Origin: an uncultured Bacteroidales bacterium
GTDB lineage: Bacteria; Bacteroidota; Bacteroidia; Bacteroidales; P3
DNA: 64,000 nucleotides
Assembly: GCA_900316235.1 (NCBI GenBank)
Contig: ONCC01000012.1
Coordinates: 15,469-79,468 of the forward strand
Direction of reading: 5' to 3'
Part shown: one piece after another, positions 9,533 to 18,232 of the stretch
Position numbering within the stretch: the first letter of the stretch is position 1
How the letters are laid out: each line of letters starts with the position of its first letter
Notes under the pieces: generated by a model
Told to the model about the DNA's origin: nothing
What the model saw: only the letters and a program-made list of their open reading frames with translations
Database searches by the model: none
Made by a program: the position numbers and the translations under genes

Positions 9533-9569
9533 TAGAACTAGAAATACTAGATAAACTAGAAAAAACTAG
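9528..9569. repeat. five ACTAG units at 9-9-9-10 nt spacing in the permease-ATPase spacer
   Basis: tACTAGtagaACTAGaaatACTAGataaACTAGaaaaaACTAG. The first TAG is the permease stop codon and the next three TAGs are in the same frame. Confidence 0.8.
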
Positions 9570-9576
9570 AAAAACA

Positions 9577-10317
9577 ATGATAACCCTCGACCATATCACC
9601 GTCAGCTTTGGCCAGCGCTGCATCCTCGACAATATTAGTGCCGGGATTGCAGAGGGGCGCATCACGGCGGTGATGGGGCCCAACGGCTGCGGCAAGACCA
9701 CCTTGTTGCGCTGCATCGGCGGCCTGCTGGAACCCACGGGAGGTCAGGTGCTGATTGATGGCCGACGGGTGAAAGACTTTTCCGCAAGGACCTTGGCCCA
9801 GAAGGTGGCTTTTGTGCGCCAGCAAGCGCAGACCGACTTCGAATTCTCGGCCTTCGAGACGGTCCTCATGGGTCGCAACCCTTACCAACGACGTCTGCAG
9901 AACGAGTCGCAGGCCGACTGGGACATCGTGGAACAGTGCATGCGGCAGACCGGCACCTGGCACCTGCGCATGTCCAAACCCCACGAGATGAGCGGCGGCG
10001 AACTGCAGCGAGTGATGATTGCCCGCGCACTGGCCCAACAAACGCCGGTGCTGCTAATGGACGAGCCGGTGAGCAACCTCGACATCGCACACCAGCTGGA
10101 GATCATGCGGTTGCTGAGAAATACCGACAAGAGCGTGGTCATCGTCATCCACGACTTGAACCTCGCTCTCCAGTTCTGTGACGACCTCCTGCTGTTCCAT
10201 GAAGGGAAATTGCTCTACAACGGTCCCATGGCTGGCGGTCTCACGCCGGAGAACATCCGCACTGTCTATGGCGTAGAAACCCATACGACCGAGGGACGTA
10301 TTATCTTCAACTACTGA
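9577..10317 (+). CDS. ABC transporter ATP-binding protein (FecE/BtuD-like)
   Basis: Walker A GPNGCGKTT, signature MSGGELQRV, Walker B LLMDEPVSNLD. 246 aa. Confidence 0.9.
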   Translation: MITLDHITVSFGQRCILDNISAGIAEGRITAVMGPNGCGKTTLLRCIGGLLEPTGGQVLIDGRRVKDFSARTLAQKVAFVRQQAQTDFEFSAFETVLMGRNPYQRRLQNESQADWDIVEQCMRQTGTWHLRMSKPHEMSGGELQRVMIARALAQQTPVLLMDEPVSNLDIAHQLEIMRLLRNTDKSVVIVIHDLNLALQFCDDLLLFHEGKLLYNGPMAGGLTPENIRTVYGVETHTTEGRIIFNY

Positions 10318-10811
10318 TGCCTATGAAAAGATACCTGTTTGCCTGCCTCACAATGATACTCCTGCAGGGGAGTTTTCTACAGGCCCAGAATCTGGTGCAG
10401 GACACCTGCATCAACGTGGACACACTGATTGCTGAAAGCATGAAATACCTGGGAACCCCTTACCGCTGGGCTGGCAAGAGCCCCAAAGGATTTGACTGTG
10501 CGGGATTCACACGCTATATCTATGGCAAATTCGGTGTCACGCTGGCACCGGCGGCAGGGGGACAATACAGCATGTGCAAGAAAGTGGAGAATGACACCTT
10601 GAAAGTTGGTGACCTGGTATTTTATGGTGGACGCAAACACGCGAAGAGTGTGGGACACGTGGGTATCGTCACCGAGGTGAACGATGACGGCACTTTCCGA
10701 TTTATCCATTCCTCCACCCAAAGCGGCATTGTCATCACACGCTCGAACGAGCCCTACTATAAGAAACGCTATATTGGTGCCTGTCGCATCATTGCCTGTG
10801 GCGATTTTTAA
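10317..10811 (+). CDS. NlpC/P60 (C40) peptidoglycan endopeptidase, secreted
   Basis: Signal peptide, then GTPYRWAGKSPKGFDCAGFTRYIY (catalytic Cys) and GHVGIV (His). Confidence 0.85.
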   Translation: MPMKRYLFACLTMILLQGSFLQAQNLVQDTCINVDTLIAESMKYLGTPYRWAGKSPKGFDCAGFTRYIYGKFGVTLAPAAGGQYSMCKKVENDTLKVGDLVFYGGRKHAKSVGHVGIVTEVNDDGTFRFIHSSTQSGIVITRSNEPYYKKRYIGACRIIACGDF

Positions 10812-10853
10812 TTTTTTAAGATAATATTATTTTGCCAGTTGGGGTATTTTTTG

Positions 10854-10861
10854 TATTTTTG
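10854..10861 (+). promoter_or_regulatory. -7 box (TATTTTTG) with -33 TTTG
   Basis: TTTG at 10831-10834, a 19-nt spacer, then TATTTTTG; ATG at 10897. Confidence 0.55.
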
Positions 10862-10896
10862 CAAAGTTTTTATACACCCATATTGAGCATTACATA

Positions 10897-11952
10897 ATGA
10901 AATATACGAAACCTATCCTATTGTTTTTTGCTTTGTTGACAGCCCCTGCCGTAGCCATGGCACAGAGCGATGACCCCAAGCAGAAGAACAACAAATCGGA
11001 AATCAAGGTCAACAAACTGGACGTCATCTACGAGGACGAGGAATACAAAGGAGTGGTGATTGATCCCCGCAACAACAAGGAGACCGAGAACCACCTATAT
11101 CAGGCCCCGTTCCTTTTAGAAGAGCGCGATGAGGAAGACATCGACGATGTCGACGAAGAGGGCATGCCCAATATCTACACGCTCGATGACGATGGTGTGG
11201 CGAGCGAGGACGACATTCTGCTGGCGGGTTTCGACACCGCGGCCATCCACCTGCCGAAACTTGATGTAAACACCATTGAATCGCCCATCGACATCCAATT
11301 ACCCAAGTTTACCTGGCCAACGCCTTGGGCGGCTCGTCCCTCGTCGCATTTCGGCCCCCGCCGGCGCCGTTTCCATTACGGTCTCGACTTAGCGCTGCCC
11401 ACGGGAGAGCCTATCTATGCCGCTTTCGACGGCGTGGTGCGCATCTCGAAGCGCAACCGCAGCTATGGCGAGTTGGTCATCATCCATCACGCCAATGGTC
11501 TTGAGACCTACTATGCCCACATGTCGGCACGTCATGTAGTGGCGGGGCAACAAGTGAAAAGTGGCGAGATTATCGGACTTTGTGGCAATACCGGCCGCAG
11601 CCGCGGCAGCCATCTGCATTTTGAGATACGTTACATGGGTAACGCCATCAACCCCGAAAATGTGCTTGATTGTGCCACCCACGACCTCATCAGTAACGAG
11701 CTGTCGCTTACCTCGTCGTCGTTCCGCAAGGTGGCCAAAGGAGGCAAGAATGGCAGCAAGGCCTCATCGGGCAGCGGAAAGGGCTCCAACGGATGGTATA
11801 AGGTGCGCAGCGGCGACACCCTGGAGAAGATTGCCCGACGCAACGGAACCACAATCACCCAGTTGTGCAAACTTAACGGCATCAGCCGCAACAAAGTGCT
11901 CCACCCGGGAGACAAGCTGCGCGTCAGCGGAAAATCGAAGAAGAAGAGATGA
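10897..11952 (+). CDS. M23-family metallopeptidase with C-terminal LysM domain
   Basis: [20 protein letters not shown] and [10 protein letters not shown] are M23 motifs. The C-terminal [29 protein letters not shown]...PGDKLRV is a LysM. Confidence 0.85.
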   Translation: MKYTKPILLFFALLTAPAVAMAQSDDPKQKNNKSEIKVNKLDVIYEDEEYKGVVIDPRNNKETENHLYQAPFLLEERDEEDIDDVDEEGMPNIYTLDDDGVASEDDILLAGFDTAAIHLPKLDVNTIESPIDIQLPKFTWPTPWAARPSSHFGPRRRRFHYGLDLALPTGEPIYAAFDGVVRISKRNRSYGELVIIHHANGLETYYAHMSARHVVAGQQVKSGEIIGLCGNTGRSRGSHLHFEIRYMGNAINPENVLDCATHDLISNELSLTSSSFRKVAKGGKNGSKASSGSGKGSNGWYKVRSGDTLEKIARRNGTTITQLCKLNGISRNKVLHPGDKLRVSGKSKKKR

Positions 11953-12632
11953 GACTCGATATCCTCACCCTGTTCCCGAACATGATGACCATGTTCTTTG
12001 AGGAGAGCATCCTCAAGAGGGCCCAGAAGAAGGGGCTCGTTGAGGTGCATTTCCACGACCTTCACGACTATTCCTTGACTAAATATGGCTCCGTCGACGA
12101 CTATCCCTACGGCGGCGCCGCCGGCATGGTGATGGCAGTGGAACCCCTGGCCAACTGCATCGAAGGGCTCCAGAAGGAGCGCCACTACGACGAAGTGATA
12201 TATACCGCCCCCGACGGCGAGATGCTCTCGCAGCCCATGGCCAACGAGCTGTCACTGGCGGAGAACCTGATGATACTCTGCGGCCACTACAAAGGTGTCG
12301 ACGAGCGTGTGCGCGAGCACTTCATCACCAAGGAGATTTCCATCGGTGACTATGTGTTGACCGGTGGCGAGCTGGCTACAGCCGTCATCTGCGATGCCGT
12401 CATCCGCCTCGTTCCGGGAGTGCTCGGCGACGAGCAGTCGGCCCTCGGCGACTCCTTCCAGGACGGCCTCGTGGCTCCGCCCGAATACACCCGCCCGCCG
12501 GAATTCCGCGGCTGGCGTGTCCCCGACGTCCTCCTCTCCGGCAACCACGCCAAGATAGAGCAATGGCGCATGGAACAAGCCATCGCTCGCACCAAAGAGC
12601 GCCGCCCGGATCTGCTGAAAAAGAATACCTAA
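11949..12632 (+). CDS. trmD: tRNA (guanine37-N1)-methyltransferase
   Basis: 227 aa with [26 protein letters not shown] and [13 protein letters not shown], typical TrmD blocks. Confidence 0.92.
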   Translation: MRLDILTLFPNMMTMFFEESILKRAQKKGLVEVHFHDLHDYSLTKYGSVDDYPYGGAAGMVMAVEPLANCIEGLQKERHYDEVIYTAPDGEMLSQPMANELSLAENLMILCGHYKGVDERVREHFITKEISIGDYVLTGGELATAVICDAVIRLVPGVLGDEQSALGDSFQDGLVAPPEYTRPPEFRGWRVPDVLLSGNHAKIEQWRMEQAIARTKERRPDLLKKNT

Positions 12633-12651
12633 GATAAGAGGCCGGATAACT

Positions 12652-13494
12652 ATGAAAACTGAAGAGATACAACAGATGTTTGGGCAGTACGAGCAGGCCG
12701 TATGTGAGGTAAACGGAGTGGAGTGCTGGAGTGCCCGTGAGCTTTGTAAGTTGCTGGGATATACCCAGTGGCGCAACTTTGCAAGCGTGATAGAAAAAGC
12801 AAAAGCTTCTTGTGAAAACGCAGGACAACCTTTGACGGATCATTTTGCTGACGTCAGCAAAACGATACCCATGCCAAAGGGTGCCGAAAAAGAGATAGAT
12901 GACTTTCTGTTGACTCGTTATGCTTGCTATCTTGTGGCACAAAACGGTGACCCTCGTAAGCCACAGATTGCTTTTGCTCAGACTTATTTTGCCGTGCAGA
13001 CACGCCGTGCAGAGCTTGTGGAGAAACGTTTGCTGGAGGTGGAGCGTGTGAAGGCCCGCACCAAGTTACAGGAGACAGAAAAGAAATTGTCGGGCATTCT
13101 CTATGAGCGCGGGGTGAATGACAAGAGTTTTGCCGTTATCCGTTCCAAAGGAGACCAGGCGTTGTTCCGCCTGAGTACTGGAATGCTCAAACGCAAGATG
13201 GGTGTCCCCGACAGTCGCCCGTTGGCCGACTTCTTGCCAACCATCAGCATCAAAGCCAAAGACTTCGCTGCCGAGATGACAAGCGTGAATGTGCAGAGCA
13301 AAGACCTAAAGGGTGAACACGACATCACCGCCGAGCATGAAGACAACAACCGCGCTGTTCGCCAGATGCTTATTCAGCGTGGCATCGTTCCCGAGAACCT
13401 CCCACCCGCCGAGGACGTAAAGAAGGTAGAGCGTCGCCTTGCCACCGAAGAAAAGAAAGCCATCGGAACCGGTAAGAAGAAAAAGACCAAATGA
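12652..13494 (+). CDS. dinD: DNA-damage-inducible protein D family (BRO-N-like N-terminus)
   Basis: [30 protein letters not shown] and [14 protein letters not shown] closely mirror E. coli DinD blocks (recalled from memory, not searched). Confidence 0.8.
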   Translation: MKTEEIQQMFGQYEQAVCEVNGVECWSARELCKLLGYTQWRNFASVIEKAKASCENAGQPLTDHFADVSKTIPMPKGAEKEIDDFLLTRYACYLVAQNGDPRKPQIAFAQTYFAVQTRRAELVEKRLLEVERVKARTKLQETEKKLSGILYERGVNDKSFAVIRSKGDQALFRLSTGMLKRKMGVPDSRPLADFLPTISIKAKDFAAEMTSVNVQSKDLKGEHDITAEHEDNNRAVRQMLIQRGIVPENLPPAEDVKKVERRLATEEKKAIGTGKKKKTK

Positions 13495-13541
13495 CCGTGC
13501 TGGAAGAGGTGGGGAATAGGAAACTGCTGAAATAAAAAGAC

Positions 13542-14045
13542 ATGACATCAAAATACGATATAAACACTTTAATGGAGCATTACCCTTTAAGTAGGTTCTT
13601 CGATTATGTCAAATCACAACAAGATTTGAACAATGATTCCCATTTACAAGGATTGCCCACATATGATGTCTATGGCCTTACAAAGAATAATGTTGTTGAT
13701 TATTTGTGTAAAAAAACGGAAATACTACTTGATGCAGAAAACCTTTATGCAAGCACAGGCGAACAAATATCATCGCGAACAGCAAGGTTGTTTGGAATAT
13801 GTTACATTCCTGCAATAATCTGTGGTGTACTTGCATGGCCCGATGAAGGAGAGAATACGAATGGGATATTTGCATTACTAACAATAATCTTACTTGTTTT
13901 GCCATTTGGCATCAAATCATTACAAAAAAAGAGATTTATTAAAAAACATAACAAGAACATTTATAATGCTAAAATAGAAGAGTATCTTAATTCATTACAA
14001 TCATATATTGGTTTTATTGAAAAGAAAGAACTAATTAATTCTTAA
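13542..14045 (+). CDS. hypothetical two-TM membrane protein, strongly AT-rich
   Basis: 167 aa with two adjacent hydrophobic helices (ICYIPAIICGVLAW, IFALLTIILLVLPFGI). Composition clearly differs from its neighbours. No family recognised. Confidence 0.5.
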   Translation: MTSKYDINTLMEHYPLSRFFDYVKSQQDLNNDSHLQGLPTYDVYGLTKNNVVDYLCKKTEILLDAENLYASTGEQISSRTARLFGICYIPAIICGVLAWPDEGENTNGIFALLTIILLVLPFGIKSLQKKRFIKKHNKNIYNAKIEEYLNSLQSYIGFIEKKELINS

Positions 14046-14086
14046 ATGGTTAATCAATTATAGCAAACAAAAAAACAATCATAGAT

Positions 14087-14749
14087 ATGACAGAATTTGA
14101 GAAATACGCCACAAAGCATCGTGGTATCAGCAGCACGACTTACGCCAAGTATACGTCGGCCATCAATAACTCGCTGACCCCCTATATCGTTGAGGAGCGT
14201 CAGCTCAATGTGGCTCAGATGGACGTCTTCAGCCGTCTGATGATGGACCGCATCATCTTCCTCGGCACCGCCATCGACGACTATACGGCCAACGTCATCC
14301 AGGCCCAGTTGCTCTTCCTCGAGAGCGTGGATCCCACCAAGGACATCCAGATTTACCTCAATTCGCCGGGAGGCTCCGTCTATGCTGGCCTCGGCATCTA
14401 CGACACCATGCAGTACATCCAGCCTAAGGTGAGCACCATCTGTACCGGCTTGGCTGCCTCGATGGCCTCCGTGCTGCTCTGCGCCGGCGAGAAAGGCCGC
14501 CGCTGCGCCCTGCCGCATGCCCGCGTGATGATTCATCAGCCCATGGGCGGTGCTGACGGTCAGGCTACCGACATGGAGATCACCGTCCGCGAGATTCTCA
14601 AGCTCAAGAAGGAGCTCTACGAGATCATCGCCAAGCACAGCGGCCAGCCCTTCGAGCAGGTGGAGAAAGACAGCGACCGCGACCACTGGTTCACCGCCGA
14701 AGAGGCACTGAAATACGGCATGATTGACGAAGTGCTGACAAAAAAGTAG
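14087..14749 (+). CDS. clpP: ATP-dependent Clp protease proteolytic subunit
   Basis: RIIFLGTAIDD, GLAASMASVLL (Ser) and MIHQPMGG (His) are ClpP catalytic blocks. Confidence 0.95.
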   Translation: MTEFEKYATKHRGISSTTYAKYTSAINNSLTPYIVEERQLNVAQMDVFSRLMMDRIIFLGTAIDDYTANVIQAQLLFLESVDPTKDIQIYLNSPGGSVYAGLGIYDTMQYIQPKVSTICTGLAASMASVLLCAGEKGRRCALPHARVMIHQPMGGADGQATDMEITVREILKLKKELYEIIAKHSGQPFEQVEKDSDRDHWFTAEEALKYGMIDEVLTKK

Positions 14750-14758
14750 TTAAGACAA

Positions 14759-15196
14759 ATGATTGTTAAGCTGAAGAACACCAGTCATCATTCGCTGCCG
14801 AAGTACGAGACTTCGCAGTCAGCAGGCATGGACCTGCGAGCCTTCCTGCCCGAAGGTCCCATCACCTTGAAACCCATGGAACGTGGCTTGGTGAAGACCG
14901 GCCTCTTCATGGAACTCCCTGCAGGCTACGAGGCCCAGGTGCGTCCCCGCAGCGGCCTGGCTCTGAAGAAGGGCATCACAGTCCTCAACAGCCCCGGTAC
15001 CATCGATGCTGACTACCGCGGCGAGATTTGCGTCATCCTCATTAACCTCTCGCAGGAGGATTTCGTCATCAATGACGGCGAGCGCATCGCCCAGATGGTC
15101 ATCGCCCGCCACGAGCAGGCCGAGATTGTCCAGGTGGAGGAGCTCACCGACACCGAGCGTGGCGCGGGCGGGTTTGGACACACAGGAAAGAACTAA
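14759..15196 (+). CDS. dut: dUTP diphosphatase
   Basis: 145 aa with [34 protein letters not shown] and the C-terminal [10 protein letters not shown]. Confidence 0.93.
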   Translation: MIVKLKNTSHHSLPKYETSQSAGMDLRAFLPEGPITLKPMERGLVKTGLFMELPAGYEAQVRPRSGLALKKGITVLNSPGTIDADYRGEICVILINLSQEDFVINDGERIAQMVIARHEQAEIVQVEELTDTERGAGGFGHTGKN

Positions 15197-15217
15197 GCAA
15201 AGATGGCCACCATTTTA

Positions 15218-15248
15218 ACCGCGCATGATATCCATGTGCGGTTTTTTG
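15218..15248 (+). terminator. intrinsic terminator after dut
   Basis: ACCGCGCATG-ATATC-CATGTGCGGT (10 bp including one G-U pair) followed by TTTTTTG. Confidence 0.7.
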
Positions 15249-15268
15249 TTAAAGTTTGTACCCCCGAT

Positions 15269-15301
15269 GTAAGATTATCGGCATAATATGAGTATTATAT
15301 T
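15269..15301 (+). promoter_or_regulatory. conserved bipartite motif GTAAGATT-N16-TATTATATT upstream of sigma paralog 1
   Basis: The same two boxes with an identical 16-nt spacer occur at 39431-39463 and 63477-63509, each directly upstream of a paralogous sigma gene. Confidence 0.6.
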
Positions 15302-15304
15302 GGT

Positions 15305-15823
15305 ATGACGCACAGAAACGACATACAAGACACCGCCGCAGACTTTGAAATCATGCTGCACCGTCGACAGACTGACCTTTGGCGACTCTGTCTGCGTCAG
15401 GCTTGGGGCAACACCGAGCAGGCCCGTGACCTGATGCAGGAGTCGATACTGGCGTTGCTCCGCGTCGATGCACGTCGGCGTCACGATGTAACCGATGCCG
15501 AGGAGCGCTCGTGGGTGCTGCTGGTGGCACGCACGGCCATCAGCAACCTCCGACGGAAACACCGTGTGGAGACGGTACCCCTTGACGAAAGCTGGGCACT
15601 GCCTGCTGAAGACAACGACGACAAAGCCCGCGAACTGCTCGACGAGATGCGTGTCCATTTGTCGGAGGCCGACCAACAGCTATTGCAGCTCTATCGCGAC
15701 GGCTTCGCCGTAAAAGACATTGCCGTGATACTTTCCATCACTGCCGATGCCGCCAGCGTGCGACTCCATCGACTCACCGAACGGCTGCGCACAATATATA
15801 ATGACAACTATAAATCCAGATAG
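15305..15823 (+). CDS. sigma-70 family (ECF-type, regions 2 and 4) RNA polymerase sigma factor, paralog 1
   Basis: 172 aa. Region-2-like DLWRLCLRQA...LMQESILALL...SWVLLVARTAISNLRR. Region-4 HTH LLQLYRDGFAVKDIAVILSITADAASVRLHRL. Confidence 0.8.
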   Translation: MTHRNDIQDTAADFEIMLHRRQTDLWRLCLRQAWGNTEQARDLMQESILALLRVDARRRHDVTDAEERSWVLLVARTAISNLRRKHRVETVPLDESWALPAEDNDDKARELLDEMRVHLSEADQQLLQLYRDGFAVKDIAVILSITADAASVRLHRLTERLRTIYNDNYKSR

Positions 15824-15825
15824 CC

Positions 15826-16104
15826 ATGAAATTCGAAGACATTGAACATTACATGCACGAGGAGCACCTGCGAAACGAGGCCGCAAAGTTCACCGCTGAC
15901 CTGATGCACTCGCAAGAGGCTCGTCGGGCCTTGCACCGTGCCCGGCTGCAGCGGGCCGTGGCGGCCTGCTTCCTGCTAGGCGTGATTACCCTGACATCCT
16001 TGGCTTTCATGCCTGCACCCCGTTACGACTATGCCTATGGCACCCACGCCGAAGCAGCCTCATCAGTATGTGACAGTGTCCAACAAATATATTCCATGCT
16101 ATGA
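15826..16104 (+). CDS. small single-TM protein (anti-sigma-like topology), hypothetical
   Basis: 92 aa. Basic N-part (RRALHRARLQR), one TM helix (AVAACFLLGVITLTSLAF), ~30 aa tail. 2-nt gap after the sigma gene and ATGA overlap with the next gene. Positional counterpart at 39961. Confidence 0.5.
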   Translation: MKFEDIEHYMHEEHLRNEAAKFTADLMHSQEARRALHRARLQRAVAACFLLGVITLTSLAFMPAPRYDYAYGTHAEAASSVCDSVQQIYSML

Positions 16105-16601
16105 AACACGCTATCTCTGTCTTGTTGTTTTTAGCAATGCTGTGCGTTGGCGGTGTGGCGACGGTTAGGTATTGGCCCCGTCTCTTCCCGTCGGACGAGA
16201 CCAGCGTCCTCTTCCGCCGCTACGAAAATGCTGATGGCATTGAGGCCGACTTCGTGCGCCGCATGCGTTTCGACAACGGCCAGCGCATCGACATCACCCT
16301 GCTCCACGCCACCGATAGTGTAGCATGGGACAAACTGAAATGCGATCTGAATATCCAGGAACAGCCTGTCGAGGCATTGCGACGTCTGGGAGTCGAGCCT
16401 GCCGACATTCACCTGCGCTATTCCACCCGCCAACACCCCGAGCGGGCCATCACCATCGTCGACTTCGATGTCTACGACTGTGTGGCCGTATGCTACAGTC
16501 GCCGCCTGGTATGTGTGTTCCATATCGATACCAAGGAGCAGATGGAAACCATGTTCTCCGAGGTGGCAAACAACCATATGAATCAAGTTTTCAATCATTA
16601 A
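16101..16601 (+). CDS. N-terminally anchored protein of unassigned family (paralog of 40227..40700)
   Basis: 166 aa. One TM helix, then shared blocks VLFRRYENADGIEADF...RIDITLLHATDSVAWDKL...VCVFHIDTKEQ, versus EVFLRYRDADGVRVAF...RTDVTLLKAQDSVTWAGL...VGVFHVETLAQQ in the paralog. Confidence 0.55.
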   Translation: MKHAISVLLFLAMLCVGGVATVRYWPRLFPSDETSVLFRRYENADGIEADFVRRMRFDNGQRIDITLLHATDSVAWDKLKCDLNIQEQPVEALRRLGVEPADIHLRYSTRQHPERAITIVDFDVYDCVAVCYSRRLVCVFHIDTKEQMETMFSEVANNHMNQVFNH

Positions 16602-16614
16602 ATACTTAACATCA

Positions 16615-17088
16615 ATGAAACAAATTGTCAAAATGCTGCTTCTCGCAGCCATGCTGTTCCCCCTCGGCTGCACAGCCGAAACCACCGAAGGTAAACCTAG
16701 CGGCAAGAGCGCCCTGGTGGGCACCGAATGGGTCTATCACTATGAAGGTAACGACACTATTATGGACCAGGTTTTCACTAATGTGGGAGATTACATACTG
16801 CAGTTCCTCACCGACAGCACAGGTCTCTATTTAGTGGATACTTACGTCATCATCAATGGTGTCTCGCAGAACAGCAATAACCAGATGGGCATAAAATACA
16901 CTTTTGACGGTCACAGCGGCGTCATCAAATACATCTTCCCCGAGGGAACACCTTCCTATGTGCGCGCCAGCATGCCGCCACAGAAATTCGTCTACGATGC
17001 CAAGAAGCAGGAACTCATCTGGGTAAACTTACTTGACCCCACATGGGAGAAAAAGCACGGCAAGATGATTTTCCGCCCCAAAAAGTAA
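16615..17088 (+). CDS. hypothetical lipoprotein
   Basis: 157 aa with lipobox LFPLGC; no recognisable domain. Confidence 0.5.
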   Translation: MKQIVKMLLLAAMLFPLGCTAETTEGKPSGKSALVGTEWVYHYEGNDTIMDQVFTNVGDYILQFLTDSTGLYLVDTYVIINGVSQNSNNQMGIKYTFDGHSGVIKYIFPEGTPSYVRASMPPQKFVYDAKKQELIWVNLLDPTWEKKHGKMIFRPKK

Positions 17089-17130
17089 ACATACACAATA
17101 AATTGCGGTTCTCCGCGTTATACCAGCAAT

Positions 17131-18231
17131 ATGAAACGCACAACGCTCATATTGCTGGTTTTGTTTGCTGCGATGTCCCTCATCTCCTGCCACGCCCAAT
17201 TGACTACCGAGAGAGACTATGTGCCCCTGCGGACGGGCGCCGAGATGTTGATGGAGCAGCAACTGCCGAAGGGACATGTTGCCGTAGTGGGCAACCAGAC
17301 ATCGGTCATCGGTGGCACTCACATTGTGGACACGCTGATAGCACGTGATGTGCAGGTGGTGAAGATATTCTGTCCCGAGCACGGCTTCCGTGGCACCGCC
17401 GCTGCTGGTGCCCATGTCGACAACAGCGTCGATCCTAAGACTGGCCTCCCCATCATCTCGCTCTATGGGAAAAACAAGAAGCCCACGAAGGAGCAGCTAA
17501 AGGATGTGGACTGTGTGATCTTCGACCTTCAGGATGTGGGCTGCCGCTTTTACACTTATATCAGCACGCTACACTATGTGATGGAAGCCTGCGCAGAGAG
17601 CAATATTCCACTTATTGTCATCGACCGACCCAACCCTAATGGGTATTATGTCGATGGTCCGGTGCTCGACACTGCTAAATATTGCTCTTTTGTCGGTATG
17701 CACCCTGTGCCTGTCGTTTACGGCATGACCATTGGAGAATATGCCGAGATGATTAACGGTGAGCATTGGCTGAAGGGAGGTATCAAATGCGACCTCACGG
17801 TTGTCTCTATGGAGGGCTACAAGCGCGACTCGGTGGGCTACGAGCTTCCTGTGCCACCGTCACCCAACCTGCGTAACGCCCACGCCATTGCCCTCTATCC
17901 TAGCCTCTGCCTCTTCGAGGGTACCAACTGCGGTGTAGGACGCGACACCGACTATCCCTTCGAGTGGGTCACTTATGGGAAAGACACCCTCGACTTGCGG
18001 CAGGAACCCGCCCCCGATTCCTTCAGCCTCAAGTACTTGACGTCCATGTATAAGCGGGTGCCAAAAGGAAAATTCTTTCTCAAGAACAATTTCTTCGAAA
18101 AACTCGCTGGCAATGGGGAGTTGCGCCGTCAGATAGAGGCCGGCATGAGCGAGAAAGACATCCGCGCCACTTGGCAGCCCGCGCTCAGGGAATTCATGAA
18201 AATCCGTGAAAAATACTTAATTTATAAATAA
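17131..18231 (+). CDS. DUF1343 family protein (YbbC/NamZ-like exo-beta-N-acetylmuramidase family)
   Basis: 366 aa, signal peptide or lipobox. VAVVGNQTSVI, FCPEHGFRG and DLQDVGCRFYTYISTL are typical DUF1343 blocks. Confidence 0.75.
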   Translation: MKRTTLILLVLFAAMSLISCHAQLTTERDYVPLRTGAEMLMEQQLPKGHVAVVGNQTSVIGGTHIVDTLIARDVQVVKIFCPEHGFRGTAAAGAHVDNSVDPKTGLPIISLYGKNKKPTKEQLKDVDCVIFDLQDVGCRFYTYISTLHYVMEACAESNIPLIVIDRPNPNGYYVDGPVLDTAKYCSFVGMHPVPVVYGMTIGEYAEMINGEHWLKGGIKCDLTVVSMEGYKRDSVGYELPVPPSPNLRNAHAIALYPSLCLFEGTNCGVGRDTDYPFEWVTYGKDTLDLRQEPAPDSFSLKYLTSMYKRVPKGKFFLKNNFFEKLAGNGELRRQIEAGMSEKDIRATWQPALREFMKIREKYLIYK

Positions 18232-18232
18232 A

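Noticed and set aside
9528-9569. Considered whether the ACTAG array, or any other repeat here, is a CRISPR array.
   Set aside because: The units are 9-10 nt with no spacer structure, no cas genes are present, and no 25-40 nt direct repeats occur anywhere in the window.
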